Notes: generated by a model not told the origin, from the letters alone. Counted from the stretch's first letter, positions 1-9,411 are shown. The stretch is 17,187 nucleotides of DNA from Candidatus Xenobia bacterium (GCA_045863235.1 BTUM01000126.1:1-17187); one strand, 5' to 3'. Translations and numbers: made by a program.

Positions 1-68
1 GGACCCATGAAAATGACGAAGATCAGCAGGTTTAATCAGCGAAAGCGCGGCGACCCCCTGCGATTCTC
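1..68 (+). repeat. Non-coding element E2, copy 1 (may extend beyond window start)
   Basis: Ungapped match to reverse complement of 16972-17039: 47/68 identical, 25/30 over the first 30 nt, core CCATGAAAATGACG exact. Confidence 0.8.
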
Positions 69-86
69 AAACAATCGCGCCGTTCT

Positions 87-698
87 CTAAGGGCGCGGCC
101 GAAAGCCCAGCTCGACCAGGTAGCCCGGGCGCCGCAAGGCCTCCACCATCTTCGCCTCAAAGGCAAAGAATCGGTTGCTGTCCGGGTGCATGATGGCCAG
201 CACGTCGGGCCCGGCCAGCTCGGCCATCAGCAGGCCGAGCCGGGCGTAGGCCGCTTCCTCGTCGGCGCCCGGAGGGCGCTGCAGCACGTCCACCGAGAGC
301 CAGGCCTGGTGTGACTCGAACAGATTGCGCTGCTCCGGATCACGGATGCTGTTGAGCACCGCCAGGCGGTCTTCCTTGCTCATTGGCTCGAGGTAGTTCG
401 AAGGCCGGTGAATAAAGGCCAGCGTCCAGCCGTCGTTCAACTCGATGGTGGTGTAACCCGGGTCGTTATCCCGAATGAGCTTGCCCTCCTGGCCATAGGC
501 CCGCTTGACCAGGGCCTGAAGCTGGGAAGGGGCGTCATCCCGGGCTCCCTCCAGCAAATACATCAGGCTGATCAAGGCCTCGTCGGTCGAGGAGCGGGGG
601 GAAGGGGTCGCGGAGGCTGAAGGGGTCGGCCCCGATGGGGCGGAGCCGCAGCCCGCCGCCAGCAGCCCGATCAGCAGCCAGGCCGAGAGCCGTCTCAC
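87..698 (-). CDS. Hypothetical lipoprotein (~203 aa)
   Basis: In-frame GTG at 698 overlaps the upstream TGA (GTGA coupling) and gives MRRLSAWLLIGLLAAG-C (basic N-region, hydrophobic core, lipobox), then a Ser/Pro linker and a globular domain. The 950 start in the ORF track overlaps the upstream gene. Confidence 0.8.
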   Translation of the reverse strand: MRRLSAWLLIGLLAAGCGSAPSGPTPSASATPSPRSSTDEALISLMYLLEGARDDAPSQLQALVKRAYGQEGKLIRDNDPGYTTIELNDGWTLAFIHRPSNYLEPMSKEDRLAVLNSIRDPEQRNLFESHQAWLSVDVLQRPPGADEEAAYARLGLLMAELAGPDVLAIMHPDSNRFFAFEAKMVEALRRPGYLVELGFRPRP

Positions 699-2800
699 GA
701 CATGAAGCGCACGTTGACGTAGTTGACCATCGTGTCGCTCAGCACCCCTTCCAGGCAACGTTCCATCCAGAAGTAGCTTTTCATCTGCAGAATGTGGCCC
801 TGGCTGTCCTCTTTGAGAATCTTGCTCTCCACCGGGGCGGTCGGCTTGGCGCGATCCAGCACCAGCTCCACCACCTGGTCGCGGAACAGAGCCCGGTTGG
901 CGGCCCGATCCACCTCCAGGTAATATTCCTGGCCGCCTACCCGGCCCCACATCCTGTCGGTGCCGTTGTGGCGCTCCACGAAGTAGCCGTCACGCTCGTG
1001 GTGGCGCTGGTAAGTCTCCAACGTTCCGAAGAACTTGGGCTTTTGCATGAACGGTCCGCCATCCTCGGGGCAGTAGGTGTCGCAGTTGCCGCACTCATTG
1101 CAGAAGTCGGCGTAGACGGCCCACTGCTTGTCCTTCTTGACCCGCAGCACGAAGGCTTCCTCGGGCAGCACCTGGCCGTGCAGCACCTTGAAGTTACGCC
1201 CCTCCACCTCGAAGGGCTCCACCGGATAGGTGAAGTTGGCGTCGTTGGGGCAGACCGGCACGCACTTGTCGCAGGCCAGGCAATCGAACAGGTAGAGGGC
1301 CGAGCCCACCTTCTTGGGCGCGGTGTTGTTCTTGGAGACGTGGTAGCGCGGATTGGCCCGCGCCTCGGCGGCGTAGAGGGGCGTGTTGCGCAGGGCCGCA
1401 GCCCGTACCAACTTGTGGCGCAGGGCTGTGGCTTCTCCCGCCGGCAGTTTGCCGGCCAGCACCGCCGCCGTGTCGCTCGAGCTCGCCTCCAGGTCGGACT
1501 TGAGTGCCGCCTTCAGGTCGGGATCGCCGACACACTCCTCCAGCGCTTCCAGGCCTTGCTTGCGGGTCTTGAGAATGAAATCCCCCAGGTCTCGCACGCC
1601 CAGCTTCTTCATCTGGCCCTCCAGGTTCTGGAGGTAGGTGAACTGACGGGCATAACCGCGCGTCTTGAGCAGGTCGGTGCAGGAGGTGATGGGGGCCAGA
1701 CCGAGCGAGACCGCGTCGGGGAAGTTCTCCTTTTCGATGCCGGCCGCGAAGGTGATGGGGAAACGATCGCCCACCAGTTTGCGCCACTCTTCCACCAGGG
1801 TCACGGCGATGACGTGCAGCGGCGGGCCACTCATGTACATGACCTCGTCGGAGAAGTAGCCCTGGTTGTTGATCACCTCCAGGGTATTGGAGAACTTCAC
1901 GCCCAGCCCCAGCCCGCGCTTTGTGGCTTCCGGCTCGAGACGGTCCACGATAGCCACGGCCTCTTCCAGGCTGAGCGAAGTCTCGATGGCTTTGGGGTTG
2001 ATGGTCAGGTGGTCATAGCCCATCACCTCGCGCAGCAGGCTATTGAGGTATTTCTCCTCGAGCTGGGTGGGGTTGAGCTTGATGACGGTGCTGACCCCCA
2101 CCTCGGTCAGCAGGAAGTGGACGATGCGCTCGATCTCGTCCTTGGGGCAACCGTGGAAGGTGGACAGGGTAATGCTCTTCACCAGATCGGTCTTGAACGG
2201 GATGTCGCGCAGATGCTTGAGCTCGTCGGGGATCAGCTGGCGCAGCTCGGCGATCTTGGCGCTGGCGTCCTGGGTGGACTCGATGAACGACCGCACCGGC
2301 TGCGAGGAGATCCCCTTGAGGTCATAGCCAACCGACAGGTCCAAAATGGTGTCGGTGGCCTCCAGGTTGCGCTCTCCCAGGCCGAGCACGTCGAGGTGGC
2401 GGAGCATGTCGATGATCATCGAGCTGGCCACGTACTCGGTCAGGCTGTCGGCCAGGCGCAGCTCCTGGGACCACTCCACGTTGAAGCCCACATTGCCGGC
2501 GTAGATGCAGGGCCGGCTGATCTTCAGCTCGTCGAGGATCTGGACCGTTTTGAGCTCGACGATGCGCGAGCCACCCAGCCAGGACAGGATGATGTTCTGG
2601 ATCAGCTGATCCTGCGGCCCCGCGGCCGGGCCGGTCACGGTCGAAGCGCGCATGCCGTGGAAGAGGACCGACAGGTCCAGTCCCTCGGCCGGTCTCCAGA
2701 ACTTGCTGGCGGGCAGATCGTAGATCTGCTGGTGGGCTTTCAACTCGTGAAAGATCCGCCGCAGGTGGAGCGGGAGAGGGAGTGGATACAGTTCTGCCAT
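695..2800 (-). CDS. YgfK-like oxidoreductase: dihydroorotate/dihydropyrimidine dehydrogenase-type barrel plus C-terminal 4Fe-4S dicluster
   Basis: GPAAGPQDQLIQNI, ELKTVQILDEL, NVEWSQEL, TLSTFHGCP and GVKFSNTL resemble the YgfK N-terminal region. CLACDKCVPVCPNDAN and CNECGNCDTYCP are ferredoxin motifs. SD GAGGAGG lies upstream (cctcctc at 2805-2811). Confidence 0.8.
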   Translation of the reverse strand: MAELYPLPLPLHLRRIFHELKAHQQIYDLPASKFWRPAEGLDLSVLFHGMRASTVTGPAAGPQDQLIQNIILSWLGGSRIVELKTVQILDELKISRPCIYAGNVGFNVEWSQELRLADSLTEYVASSMIIDMLRHLDVLGLGERNLEATDTILDLSVGYDLKGISSQPVRSFIESTQDASAKIAELRQLIPDELKHLRDIPFKTDLVKSITLSTFHGCPKDEIERIVHFLLTEVGVSTVIKLNPTQLEEKYLNSLLREVMGYDHLTINPKAIETSLSLEEAVAIVDRLEPEATKRGLGLGVKFSNTLEVINNQGYFSDEVMYMSGPPLHVIAVTLVEEWRKLVGDRFPITFAAGIEKENFPDAVSLGLAPITSCTDLLKTRGYARQFTYLQNLEGQMKKLGVRDLGDFILKTRKQGLEALEECVGDPDLKAALKSDLEASSSDTAAVLAGKLPAGEATALRHKLVRAAALRNTPLYAAEARANPRYHVSKNNTAPKKVGSALYLFDCLACDKCVPVCPNDANFTYPVEPFEVEGRNFKVLHGQVLPEEAFVLRVKKDKQWAVYADFCNECGNCDTYCPEDGGPFMQKPKFFGTLETYQRHHERDGYFVERHNGTDRMWGRVGGQEYYLEVDRAANRALFRDQVVELVLDRAKPTAPVESKILKEDSQGHILQMKSYFWMERCLEGVLSDTMVNYVNVRFMS

Positions 2801-2931
2801 TCAGCCTCCTCGGTCAGTGGTCGCGTGTCTGCGCATTCGAACTGCGTTAGAAGATTGCCTGCGGACAGGAGTTCGGCGCCAGGAAGGCATACATGGTCAG
2901 GTCCCAAACCCGAAACCGGAGGAATCAAAGC

Positions 2932-3555
2932 ATGACCACGCAGACCGCGCCCTTTTCCGTGCCCGCGCTGGCTTACGCCTTCAACGCGCTGGAGCCGCAT
3001 ATCGATGCCAAGACCATGGAGATCCACCACGACAAGCACCATCAGGCCTACGTCACCAACCTGAACAAGGCTCTGGAAGGACACCCCGACTGGCAGAACA
3101 AGACCATCGAGGAGATCCTCAAGAACCTCAACAACGTGCCCGAGGCCATCCGCATGGCGGTGCGCAACAACGGTGGCGGACATCACAACCACACCCTGTT
3201 CTGGGAGGTGATCGGCCCCAACGCCGGCGGTGAGCCCACCGGCGAGCTGGCCGAGGCCATCAAGGCCACCTTCGGAGACTTCGCCTCCTTCAAGGAGAAG
3301 TTCGGCCAGGCCGGCATCACCCGCTTCGGCAGCGGCTGGGCCTGGCTGGTGGTCAAGGGCGGCAAGCTCGAGATCACCTCCACCCCCAACCAGGACAGCC
3401 CTCTCACCGATGGCGCCACCCCCATCCTGGGGTTGGACGTGTGGGAGCACGCCTACTACCTCAATTACCAGAACCGTCGCCCCGACTATGTGGCCGCCTT
3501 CTGGAACGTGGTCAACTGGAAAGCGGTCAGCGAGAAGTACGCAGCCGCGAAGTAG
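2932..3555 (+). CDS. sodA: Superoxide dismutase, Mn/Fe family (Mn-type signatures)
   Basis: [37 protein letters not shown] and DVWEHAYY motifs. SD GGAGG at 2918-2922 favours ATG 2932 over 2893. Confidence 0.96.
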   Translation: MTTQTAPFSVPALAYAFNALEPHIDAKTMEIHHDKHHQAYVTNLNKALEGHPDWQNKTIEEILKNLNNVPEAIRMAVRNNGGGHHNHTLFWEVIGPNAGGEPTGELAEAIKATFGDFASFKEKFGQAGITRFGSGWAWLVVKGGKLEITSTPNQDSPLTDGATPILGLDVWEHAYYLNYQNRRPDYVAAFWNVVNWKAVSEKYAAAK

Positions 3556-3558
3556 TCA

Positions 3559-3592
3559 GTGAGGGCCGGACCTGCTAAGGTCCGGCCCTTAC
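3559..3592 (+). terminator. Strong hairpin after sodA (terminator-like, no U-tract)
   Basis: AGGGCCGGACCT-gcta-AGGTCCGGCCCT perfect 12-bp stem (3562-3589), extendable by 3 pairs, starting 3 nt after the stop codon. Confidence 0.6.
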
Positions 3593-3628
3593 CGGGTGGT
3601 GACTTTGTCCCACTGGGGGTGAGCTTGA

Positions 3629-6232
3629 ATGAACCTGGTCAATAGCTTCTACGCCGGCCAGTGCGCCGTTCTCGAGCTGGTTACCGGTGGGGCTGCTTTG
3701 ACCCGGGTGCTGGAGGCCATCGTCGAGTTGATCGAGGAGCAGACCCCCGGGGCGGTTTGCTCCATTCTTCTCTATGATGAAGTGAGCCGGACCGTGCGCC
3801 ACGGGGCCGCCCCCAACCTGCCCGCGGTCTACTCCCAGCAGATCGACGGTCTGGCCATCGGGCCCGCGGTCGGATCCTGCGGGGCCGCGGCTTATCATCG
3901 CCAGCGGGTCATCGTGGAGGACATCGCCACACACCCCAACTGGGGCCCCTTCAGCCATCTGGCTTTGCCTCACGGCCTGCGCGCCTGCTGGTCGAGCCCT
4001 ATCCTCTCCCCGGAGAAAGAGCTGCTGGGCACGTTCGCCATCTACTATCGCGAGGCGCGCGGTCCCCGCCCGGAGGAGATCGACCTGGTCGATACGGCGA
4101 CCCACCTGGCGGCTATCGCCATCCTGGGCGAGCGGACCGAGCGCAACCTGCGTGAGAGCGAAGCCCGGGCCCACCACCTGGCCCGCCTCTACGCGGTCTC
4201 GAGCAGTGTCAACGAAGCCCTGGTGCGCATCGGCGATCAGCAGGAAGCGTTCGCTCTAGCGTGCCGCATTCCGGTTGAAAAGGGTCTCGCCCAGTTGGCC
4301 TGGGTCGGGGTCTACCGGGAAAGCCAGGGACGTATCGAGCTCCGGGCCCGCTACGGGCCGGCCTCGGGCTACGTCGAGTCAGTCGAGTTGCGGCTCGACG
4401 ATGAGGCCACTCGTTCGGGCCCTGCAGCCCGAGCCATCCTGACCGGACAGGTCGCGGTCTCCAATGACATCGAGAACGACCCCTACTTTCGCTTCAAGTC
4501 CGAAGCGCAGGCCCACGGCCTCCGTTCGTGCGCCATCTTCCCCATGCGGCTGCCGGAGGGAAACAGGGGCGTCCTGGCCATCTACGCGGGCGCAACGGGT
4601 TGCTTTGGAGGAGAGGAGATCCGGGTGCTGGGCTCGGTGGCCGATCACCTGTCGCTCTGTCTCGAGTCGCTCGAGCGCGAGTCCCAGCGCCGGCAGGCCG
4701 AAACTCTGCTGCGCATCGCCGGCCAGGCCGCCCGCCTGGGGGGGTTCTCCCTGGAGTGGCCGGACGGCCGGGTGATCTGCTCGGACGAGATCTGTCACCT
4801 CTACGATCTGCCCTCCGGCACCGCCCCCACCGTGGAACAGCTCGAAGCCGCCTGCGACCCGGAGTTTCGCGAGCAGGTGAGGGCCAGACTGCAAGAGTGC
4901 GCCCTCCAGGGAACCTCCTTCGATCTGGAGGCACCTGTTCGAACGGCCACCGGTCGACAGCTCTGGGTGCGCATGGTGGGCCAGGCCGAGCGCAACGCAG
5001 CCGGTGAGATCGTGCGCGTGCAGGGCGCCATTCAAGACCGAAGCGACCACCGCAAGCTGGAAGAACAACTGCGCCAGTCGCAAAAGATGGAGGCCATCGG
5101 CCTGCTGGCCGGGGGAGTGGCCCACGACTTCAACAATCTGCTGACGGTGATCTTGACCTACACCGATCTGATTCGGGGCGAGCTCAAGGAGGGTGACCCC
5201 CTGCGAGCCTCCATCGAGGAGATCGACCGGGCCGGCGAGCGGGCCGCCCAACTGACTCGCCAGTTGCTGGCCTTCAGCCGCAAGCAGGTCCTGCAGCCGC
5301 GCGTGGTGGACCTCAACGTGGTGGTGACGGAGCTCGAGAAGTTGCTGGGCCGACTGCTGGGGGCCGACATCGATCTGAGCCTGGCCCTCGAGCAGGCACC
5401 GGTCAGGGTGCTGGCCGATCCGGGGCAGCTCGAGCAAGTCATCGTCAACCTGGCCGTCAACGCGCGTGACGCCATGCCCGGCGGGGGCTACCTGACCATC
5501 GAGACCTCTCAGGTGGTCCTGGACCAGTCCTTCGCCGCCGACCACCACGGAGTGACACCCGGGCCTTATGTCATGCTGGCCGTGACCGATACCGGCATCG
5601 GGATGGACGCAGCCACCCGCCAGCGCATCTTCGAGCCCTTCTTCACGACCAAGGAAACCGGCAAGGGCACTGGTCTTGGACTGTCCACCGTCTACGGGAT
5701 CGTGACCCAGAGCGGCGGCCACCTCTGGGTCTACAGCGAGCCGGGGAGCGGCACCACCATCCGGGTCTACCTGCCCCGCGTCGACCAGGAAGGCCAATCC
5801 GGCGGTCAGGAGATGGTCACCCCCGGCTCGCTGCGCGGACACGAGACCCTGCTTTTGGTGGAGGATGACGAGCAGGTGCAGAAGGTGGTGCGCACCACCT
5901 TGAGCCGCAATGGCTACAACGTGCTGACGGCCCGCAACGGGGGGGAGGCGTTCTTGATCTGCGAGCAGTACAATGCCCGCATCCATCTCTTGCTGACCGA
6001 CCTGGTGATGCCCCGCATGAGCGGCCGTGAGCTGGCCGAGCGCCTGGCGCCGCTGCGCCCGGAGATGAAGGTGCTGTACGTCTCGGGCTACACTCAGGAC
6101 TCGATCGTGCGCCATGGTGCGCTGGAGGCCGGGGTCTGTTTCCTGGCCAAGCCGCTCACGCCCGACGCGCTCTTGCGCAAGGTACGCGAAGTGCTTGATT
6201 GCTCGAGCGAAGCACAAAAGTCGGGTCCGTAG
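3629..6232 (+). CDS. Cytoplasmic hybrid sensor histidine kinase (GAF-GAF-PAS/PAC-HisKA-HATPase-REC)
   Basis: GAF (GSCGAAAY...ACWSSPI...LGTFAIY), second GAF, PAC, H-box [13 protein letters not shown]-box [31 protein letters not shown], receiver LLVEDD...LLTDLVMP...KP. No obvious transmembrane segment. Confidence 0.95.
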   Translation: MNLVNSFYAGQCAVLELVTGGAALTRVLEAIVELIEEQTPGAVCSILLYDEVSRTVRHGAAPNLPAVYSQQIDGLAIGPAVGSCGAAAYHRQRVIVEDIATHPNWGPFSHLALPHGLRACWSSPILSPEKELLGTFAIYYREARGPRPEEIDLVDTATHLAAIAILGERTERNLRESEARAHHLARLYAVSSSVNEALVRIGDQQEAFALACRIPVEKGLAQLAWVGVYRESQGRIELRARYGPASGYVESVELRLDDEATRSGPAARAILTGQVAVSNDIENDPYFRFKSEAQAHGLRSCAIFPMRLPEGNRGVLAIYAGATGCFGGEEIRVLGSVADHLSLCLESLERESQRRQAETLLRIAGQAARLGGFSLEWPDGRVICSDEICHLYDLPSGTAPTVEQLEAACDPEFREQVRARLQECALQGTSFDLEAPVRTATGRQLWVRMVGQAERNAAGEIVRVQGAIQDRSDHRKLEEQLRQSQKMEAIGLLAGGVAHDFNNLLTVILTYTDLIRGELKEGDPLRASIEEIDRAGERAAQLTRQLLAFSRKQVLQPRVVDLNVVVTELEKLLGRLLGADIDLSLALEQAPVRVLADPGQLEQVIVNLAVNARDAMPGGGYLTIETSQVVLDQSFAADHHGVTPGPYVMLAVTDTGIGMDAATRQRIFEPFFTTKETGKGTGLGLSTVYGIVTQSGGHLWVYSEPGSGTTIRVYLPRVDQEGQSGGQEMVTPGSLRGHETLLLVEDDEQVQKVVRTTLSRNGYNVLTARNGGEAFLICEQYNARIHLLLTDLVMPRMSGRELAERLAPLRPEMKVLYVSGYTQDSIVRHGALEAGVCFLAKPLTPDALLRKVREVLDCSSEAQKSGP

Positions 6233-6240
6233 CCACCCGG

Positions 6241-7002
6241 TCAGGCATACCGTTCTTTCAAAGTCTCGATCACATAGCTGCCAAGCAGTTTGATCTCGGG
6301 CGTCTCATAGCCCAGGAAGCGAATGCCGTGGCGGTCGCCGACCCCATCGGGATCGGGCCGATTGGAGACCACCCGACCGTTGATCGCCAGAGCGGGCAGC
6401 TTGCGATAAGGGCCAAGCGAGATCCGCACCAGCGTCCCGGGGGAAAGCTCCTCGGCGGTGCGGCACAAAAGTCCGCCCACGCCCAGGTTGAGCAGCTCGC
6501 CTGGCCGGTCGGCCCCGCCTTCCAGCGGCCGCAGCACGACCGGGAGCTGCAGGTCGACGCGCAGGGCCCGGCGGCGGTAAAGCCGGCGGTCGTCGAATCC
6601 GAGCTCTTGCAGCAAGACCTGAACCCAGGAGAACCTGAGATTGTCGCTGTTGTCGTCATAGGCAAGACCAAACTCGACGAAGGCACGGTTGCGCTGCCGG
6701 CGCGTCCAGATCACCCGGCAACGAAGTCTCTGCCTTCCGGTGGGAACCCCGCCCGGCCGATAGGAGACCAGCACCAGCGAGTCTTTACGCGGAGGGCGCT
6801 CCACCTCGGGAACCACCAGCCGCAGTCCCTGTGAGCTGATGTCGGTGACCCTGGCGGCGAACATGGCCTCGCCTAGCTTGACGATCACCGGGTAGTCGCA
6901 GCGCATCCTCACCAGTTGACGACGGTCCTCGAGCCCGGGCAGATCGCGTTGGCGACCGAGCACGAGACCTTTCAAGCCTTGGACCAGATGCTTGAACACC
7001 AC
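6241..7002 (-). CDS. Tandem PilZ-domain protein (probable c-di-GMP receptor)
   Basis: Two RxxxR plus (D/N)x(S/G)xxG pairs: RRQLVR...DISSQG and RRRALR...NLGVGG, the second ending in HGIRF. Start could be 7002 or 6999. Confidence 0.85.
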   Translation of the reverse strand: MVFKHLVQGLKGLVLGRQRDLPGLEDRRQLVRMRCDYPVIVKLGEAMFAARVTDISSQGLRLVVPEVERPPRKDSLVLVSYRPGGVPTGRQRLRCRVIWTRRQRNRAFVEFGLAYDDNSDNLRFSWVQVLLQELGFDDRRLYRRRALRVDLQLPVVLRPLEGGADRPGELLNLGVGGLLCRTAEELSPGTLVRISLGPYRKLPALAINGRVVSNRPDPDGVGDRHGIRFLGYETPEIKLLGSYVIETLKERYA

Positions 7003-7046
7003 TAAATCTTCAAGTTTCTGGCAAACCTGACCTGCCAGGGCCTCGG

Positions 7047-7146
7047 TACAGTCCGGCGCATTGACTGTGCGATGAATTCTAAACAGGTAGAACTTCGTCG
7101 CATCGCCCGTGTCACAACACTTTGGAAGCGGTTCGAAACAAGTTTC
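7047..7146 (-). repeat. Non-coding element E1, copy A (oriented toward the PilZ gene)
   Basis: Reverse complement aligns to 9422-9523: a 15/15 block, a 16 vs 18 nt variable spacer, then 59/69 ungapped including a perfect terminal 19/19. Confidence 0.92.
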
Positions 7147-7161
7147 TCACCGCACGTTTCG

Positions 7162-7185
7162 TGGCACGGTCAATGCGACGAAGTT
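7162..7185 (+). promoter_or_regulatory. Additional copy of the E1 24-bp core motif
   Basis: TGGCACGGTCAATGCGACGAAGTT. It is inverted relative to 7091-7114 (13-bp perfect arm AACTTCGTCGCAT/ATGCGACGAAGTT) and has the GG-N10-GC spacing of sigma54 promoters. Confidence 0.65.
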
Positions 7186-7204
7186 TAAGTGTGAGCCAGA
7201 TCAC

Positions 7205-7233
7205 TTCCGTCCGAGCGTGGTTTCTGTTACAAT
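7205..7233 (+). promoter_or_regulatory. Putative sigma70-type extended -10 promoter of the microprotein gene
   Basis: TG-t-TACAAT at 7225-7233, with a weak -35 (TTCCGT 7205-7210) at 17-bp spacing. Confidence 0.55.
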
Positions 7234-7305
7234 GATGTTAACAGCAGCCTGGTCGGGTTCACCGCAATACTACCTTCAAGACCCCCAAACAAGGAGGAGG
7301 ACGCG

Positions 7306-7509
7306 ATGGAAACCCCGGTCACGGCACAGTCAGCGACCAGCGAGGAGCCGATCATGCAGGTTTACGCGATTCCAAACAACTGGATGTACTGGGTTGCCGG
7401 GCTTTCCACATCAGTTCTCGCCACGCAATCTGTCCAGTTCGGGTCGCCCCAGCAGCTGGCCTACCTCGTCTTGTCACTGCTCTTCATGTGGGGCTTCGTG
7501 CGCCAGTAG
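7306..7509 (+). CDS. Small hypothetical membrane protein (67 aa)
   Basis: Very strong SD AAGGAGGAGG (7291-7300), two hydrophobic segments, a candidate promoter upstream and a terminator downstream. Confidence 0.75.
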   Translation: METPVTAQSATSEEPIMQVYAIPNNWMYWVAGLSTSVLATQSVQFGSPQQLAYLVLSLLFMWGFVRQ

Positions 7510-7554
7510 CTCGAGCCAGGCAGCTGACAGAGTTGGGCCGGCTCTCCGGTCCCC

Positions 7555-7582
7555 GAGGCGCCGACAGGCGCCTTTCTCTTTT
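7555..7582 (+). terminator. Intrinsic terminator after the microprotein gene
   Basis: AGGCGCC-gaca-GGCGCCT 7-bp stem (7556-7573) followed by TTCTCTTTT. Confidence 0.75.
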
Positions 7583-7752
7583 GCGACCAGAGCTTGAGCG
7601 AAGGAAACTCCGCCCGGTCACGAAACTTTCCAGCCAACGACAGTCTCGCGCGTTCGAATCAATTCAAGGCGGCGCGGAGCTGAAGTCAATTTGCTGAACA
7701 GCACCGCGCAGAATGCAGCGCGCGGCGCCTCACACGCGAGGAGCGATACGGT

Positions 7753-9411
7753 ATCAAGAAGCCAAAAGGCCACATTCTCGGCCTGAAACCCAGCCAGATT
7801 CAACGGCTCCAGAAACTTGCCCAGAGGCGCATTCCGCCCGACGAGGTGATCTCGGTCGAGCTGGCGCGGAGTCTGTGCGAGTTGTCTCGAGAGCTCGGAC
7901 GCCAGGTCGGCCTGCTCGTCGACCGCCGTGGACGCATCGAGGACCTGATCGTGGGCGATGCCCGCCAGATCACTCTGACCGAGATGGGCCGCTACCGGGT
8001 GGGCAAGTCTCGTTTCCGGGGCCTGCGCTTCCTGCACACCCATCTGCGGGGCGAGCCTTTGAGCCACGATGACCTCACCGACCTGGCCTTGCTGCGCTTT
8101 GACCTGATCGCCGCGCTGGAAGCGCAGGAGAACGGGCTGCCCGGCCGTCTGCACTGGGCCTATCTGCGGCCCGGAGCCGAGGACGCCGAGCCCTGGGTGG
8201 TGGAGACTCCCACCACGGTCCACGAGCTCGAGCTCGACTTTACCCAGTTCATCAGTGACCTGGAAGAAGAGTTCGCCAGCCTGGTGCATCGCTCGCGCAA
8301 GGTCGGAAGCAACAAGAAGCGGGCCGTGCTGGTGGGAGTCACCACCGACCGGCTTGATCAGCTCGAGGAGAACCTGGAAGAGCTGCGCGACCTGGCCGAA
8401 TCGGCCGGACTCGAGGTGGTGGACGTGGTGGCCCAGCGCCGGCCCAGGTTGGATCCCAAGTTCGTGGTGGGCAGCGGCAAGATGAAAGAGCTGTACATCC
8501 ACTGCATGCAAAAGCGGGCCGACATGATCGTGTTCGAAGGGGAGCTGTCGGGCTCGCAGGTGCGCGCCATCTCCGAGTTCGGCGATCTGGAGGTGTGGGA
8601 TCGAACCCAGCTGATCCTGGAGATCTTCGCCGATCGGGCCCAGAGTCGCGGGGGCAAGCTGCAGGTCGAGCTGGCCATGCTGAAGTACAGCCTGCCCCGC
8701 CTGGTCTTACGCGACGACTTCCTGAGCCGGCTGACGGGCGGAATCGGGGCGCGCGGTCCGGGCGAGACCAAGATCGAGGAGCTCAGGCGCCAGGTGCGCG
8801 ATCGCATCGCCCGGCTCGAGCGCGAGCTCGAGGGGCTCTCGCGCGAGCGCGCCCTGCGTCGCACCCAGAGGCGCCGAGCCGGCATACCGGTGGTCTCCAT
8901 CATCGGCTACACCAACGCCGGCAAGTCGACCTTGCTCAACACGCTGACCGGCAGCAAGGTGCTGGCCGAGAACCGGCTCTTCGCCACCCTGGACCCCACC
9001 TCGCGGCGGCTCTGGCTGGCCCCGGGACGGGAAGCCATTCTGACCGACACGGTGGGCTTCATCCGCGAGCTGCCCGATGAGCTGGCCCGGGCTTTCCGAG
9101 CCACGCTGGAAGAGCTGGGGGAAGCCGACCTGCTGCTCCACCTGGTGGACATGTCCAACCCCCACTTTGCCGATCAGGTCATGGCGGTGGAGCAGATCCT
9201 GGCCGACCTGGCCCTGGACAATCTGCCCGTACTGATGTGCTTCAACAAAGTGGACGCGGTTTCGCCCGCCGAGCGGGCCGACATCCTGGCCACCTGGACC
9301 GCCCCGGCCATTTCGGCCCGTGACCCGGACTCGCTGCGTCCATTGCTGACGGCCCTCGAGCAGGCTCTGGCGGCCTGCTCGGCTCCCCAACCGGAAGAAA
9401 CCCCGGCTTGA
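7753..9411 (+). CDS. hflX: Ribosome-splitting GTPase HflX, long N-terminal form (~552 aa); proposed ATC start
   Basis: G1 GYTNAGKST, G2 FATLD, G3 DTVG, G4 NKVD, G5 ISA, plus DRTQLILEIFADRA and GPGETKIE. HflX-like sequence (GHILGLKPSQIQRLQKL) continues upstream of GTG 7846 to ATC 7753, which has SD GAGGAG at 7738-7743. Product is secure; the start is inferred. Confidence 0.93.
   Translation: MKKPKGHILGLKPSQIQRLQKLAQRRIPPDEVISVELARSLCELSRELGRQVGLLVDRRGRIEDLIVGDARQITLTEMGRYRVGKSRFRGLRFLHTHLRGEPLSHDDLTDLALLRFDLIAALEAQENGLPGRLHWAYLRPGAEDAEPWVVETPTTVHELELDFTQFISDLEEEFASLVHRSRKVGSNKKRAVLVGVTTDRLDQLEENLEELRDLAESAGLEVVDVVAQRRPRLDPKFVVGSGKMKELYIHCMQKRADMIVFEGELSGSQVRAISEFGDLEVWDRTQLILEIFADRAQSRGGKLQVELAMLKYSLPRLVLRDDFLSRLTGGIGARGPGETKIEELRRQVRDRIARLERELEGLSRERALRRTQRRRAGIPVVSIIGYTNAGKSTLLNTLTGSKVLAENRLFATLDPTSRRLWLAPGREAILTDTVGFIRELPDELARAFRATLEELGEADLLLHLVDMSNPHFADQVMAVEQILADLALDNLPVLMCFNKVDAVSPAERADILATWTAPAISARDPDSLRPLLTALEQALAACSAPQPEETPA

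Noticed and set aside
695..697. Selenocysteine read-through of the YgfK-like TGA
   Set aside because: The TGA overlaps the GTG start of the lipoprotein gene (ordinary coupling), and there is no internal in-frame TGA.
635..2935. 766-aa plus-strand ORF
   Set aside because: Antisense shadow of the YgfK-like gene in GC-rich DNA; no recognisable motifs.
4379..6217. 612-aa minus-strand ORF
   Set aside because: Antisense shadow of the histidine kinase.
7018..7038. GGCAAACC within a hairpin near the PilZ gene, suggesting a c-di-GMP-I riboswitch
   Set aside because: Wrong strand for the PilZ gene, and it lacks the downstream GAAA loop and GACGCAAAGC features.
7049..7185. Repeated 24-bp motif as a CRISPR array
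   Set aside because: At most two tandem, divergent copies per strand; the intervening sequence is partly conserved between loci; no cas genes.
7109..7597. 162-aa ORF spanning the PilZ-hflX intergenic region
   Set aside because: No SD; it runs through the repeat element, the better-supported 67-aa ORF and its terminator.
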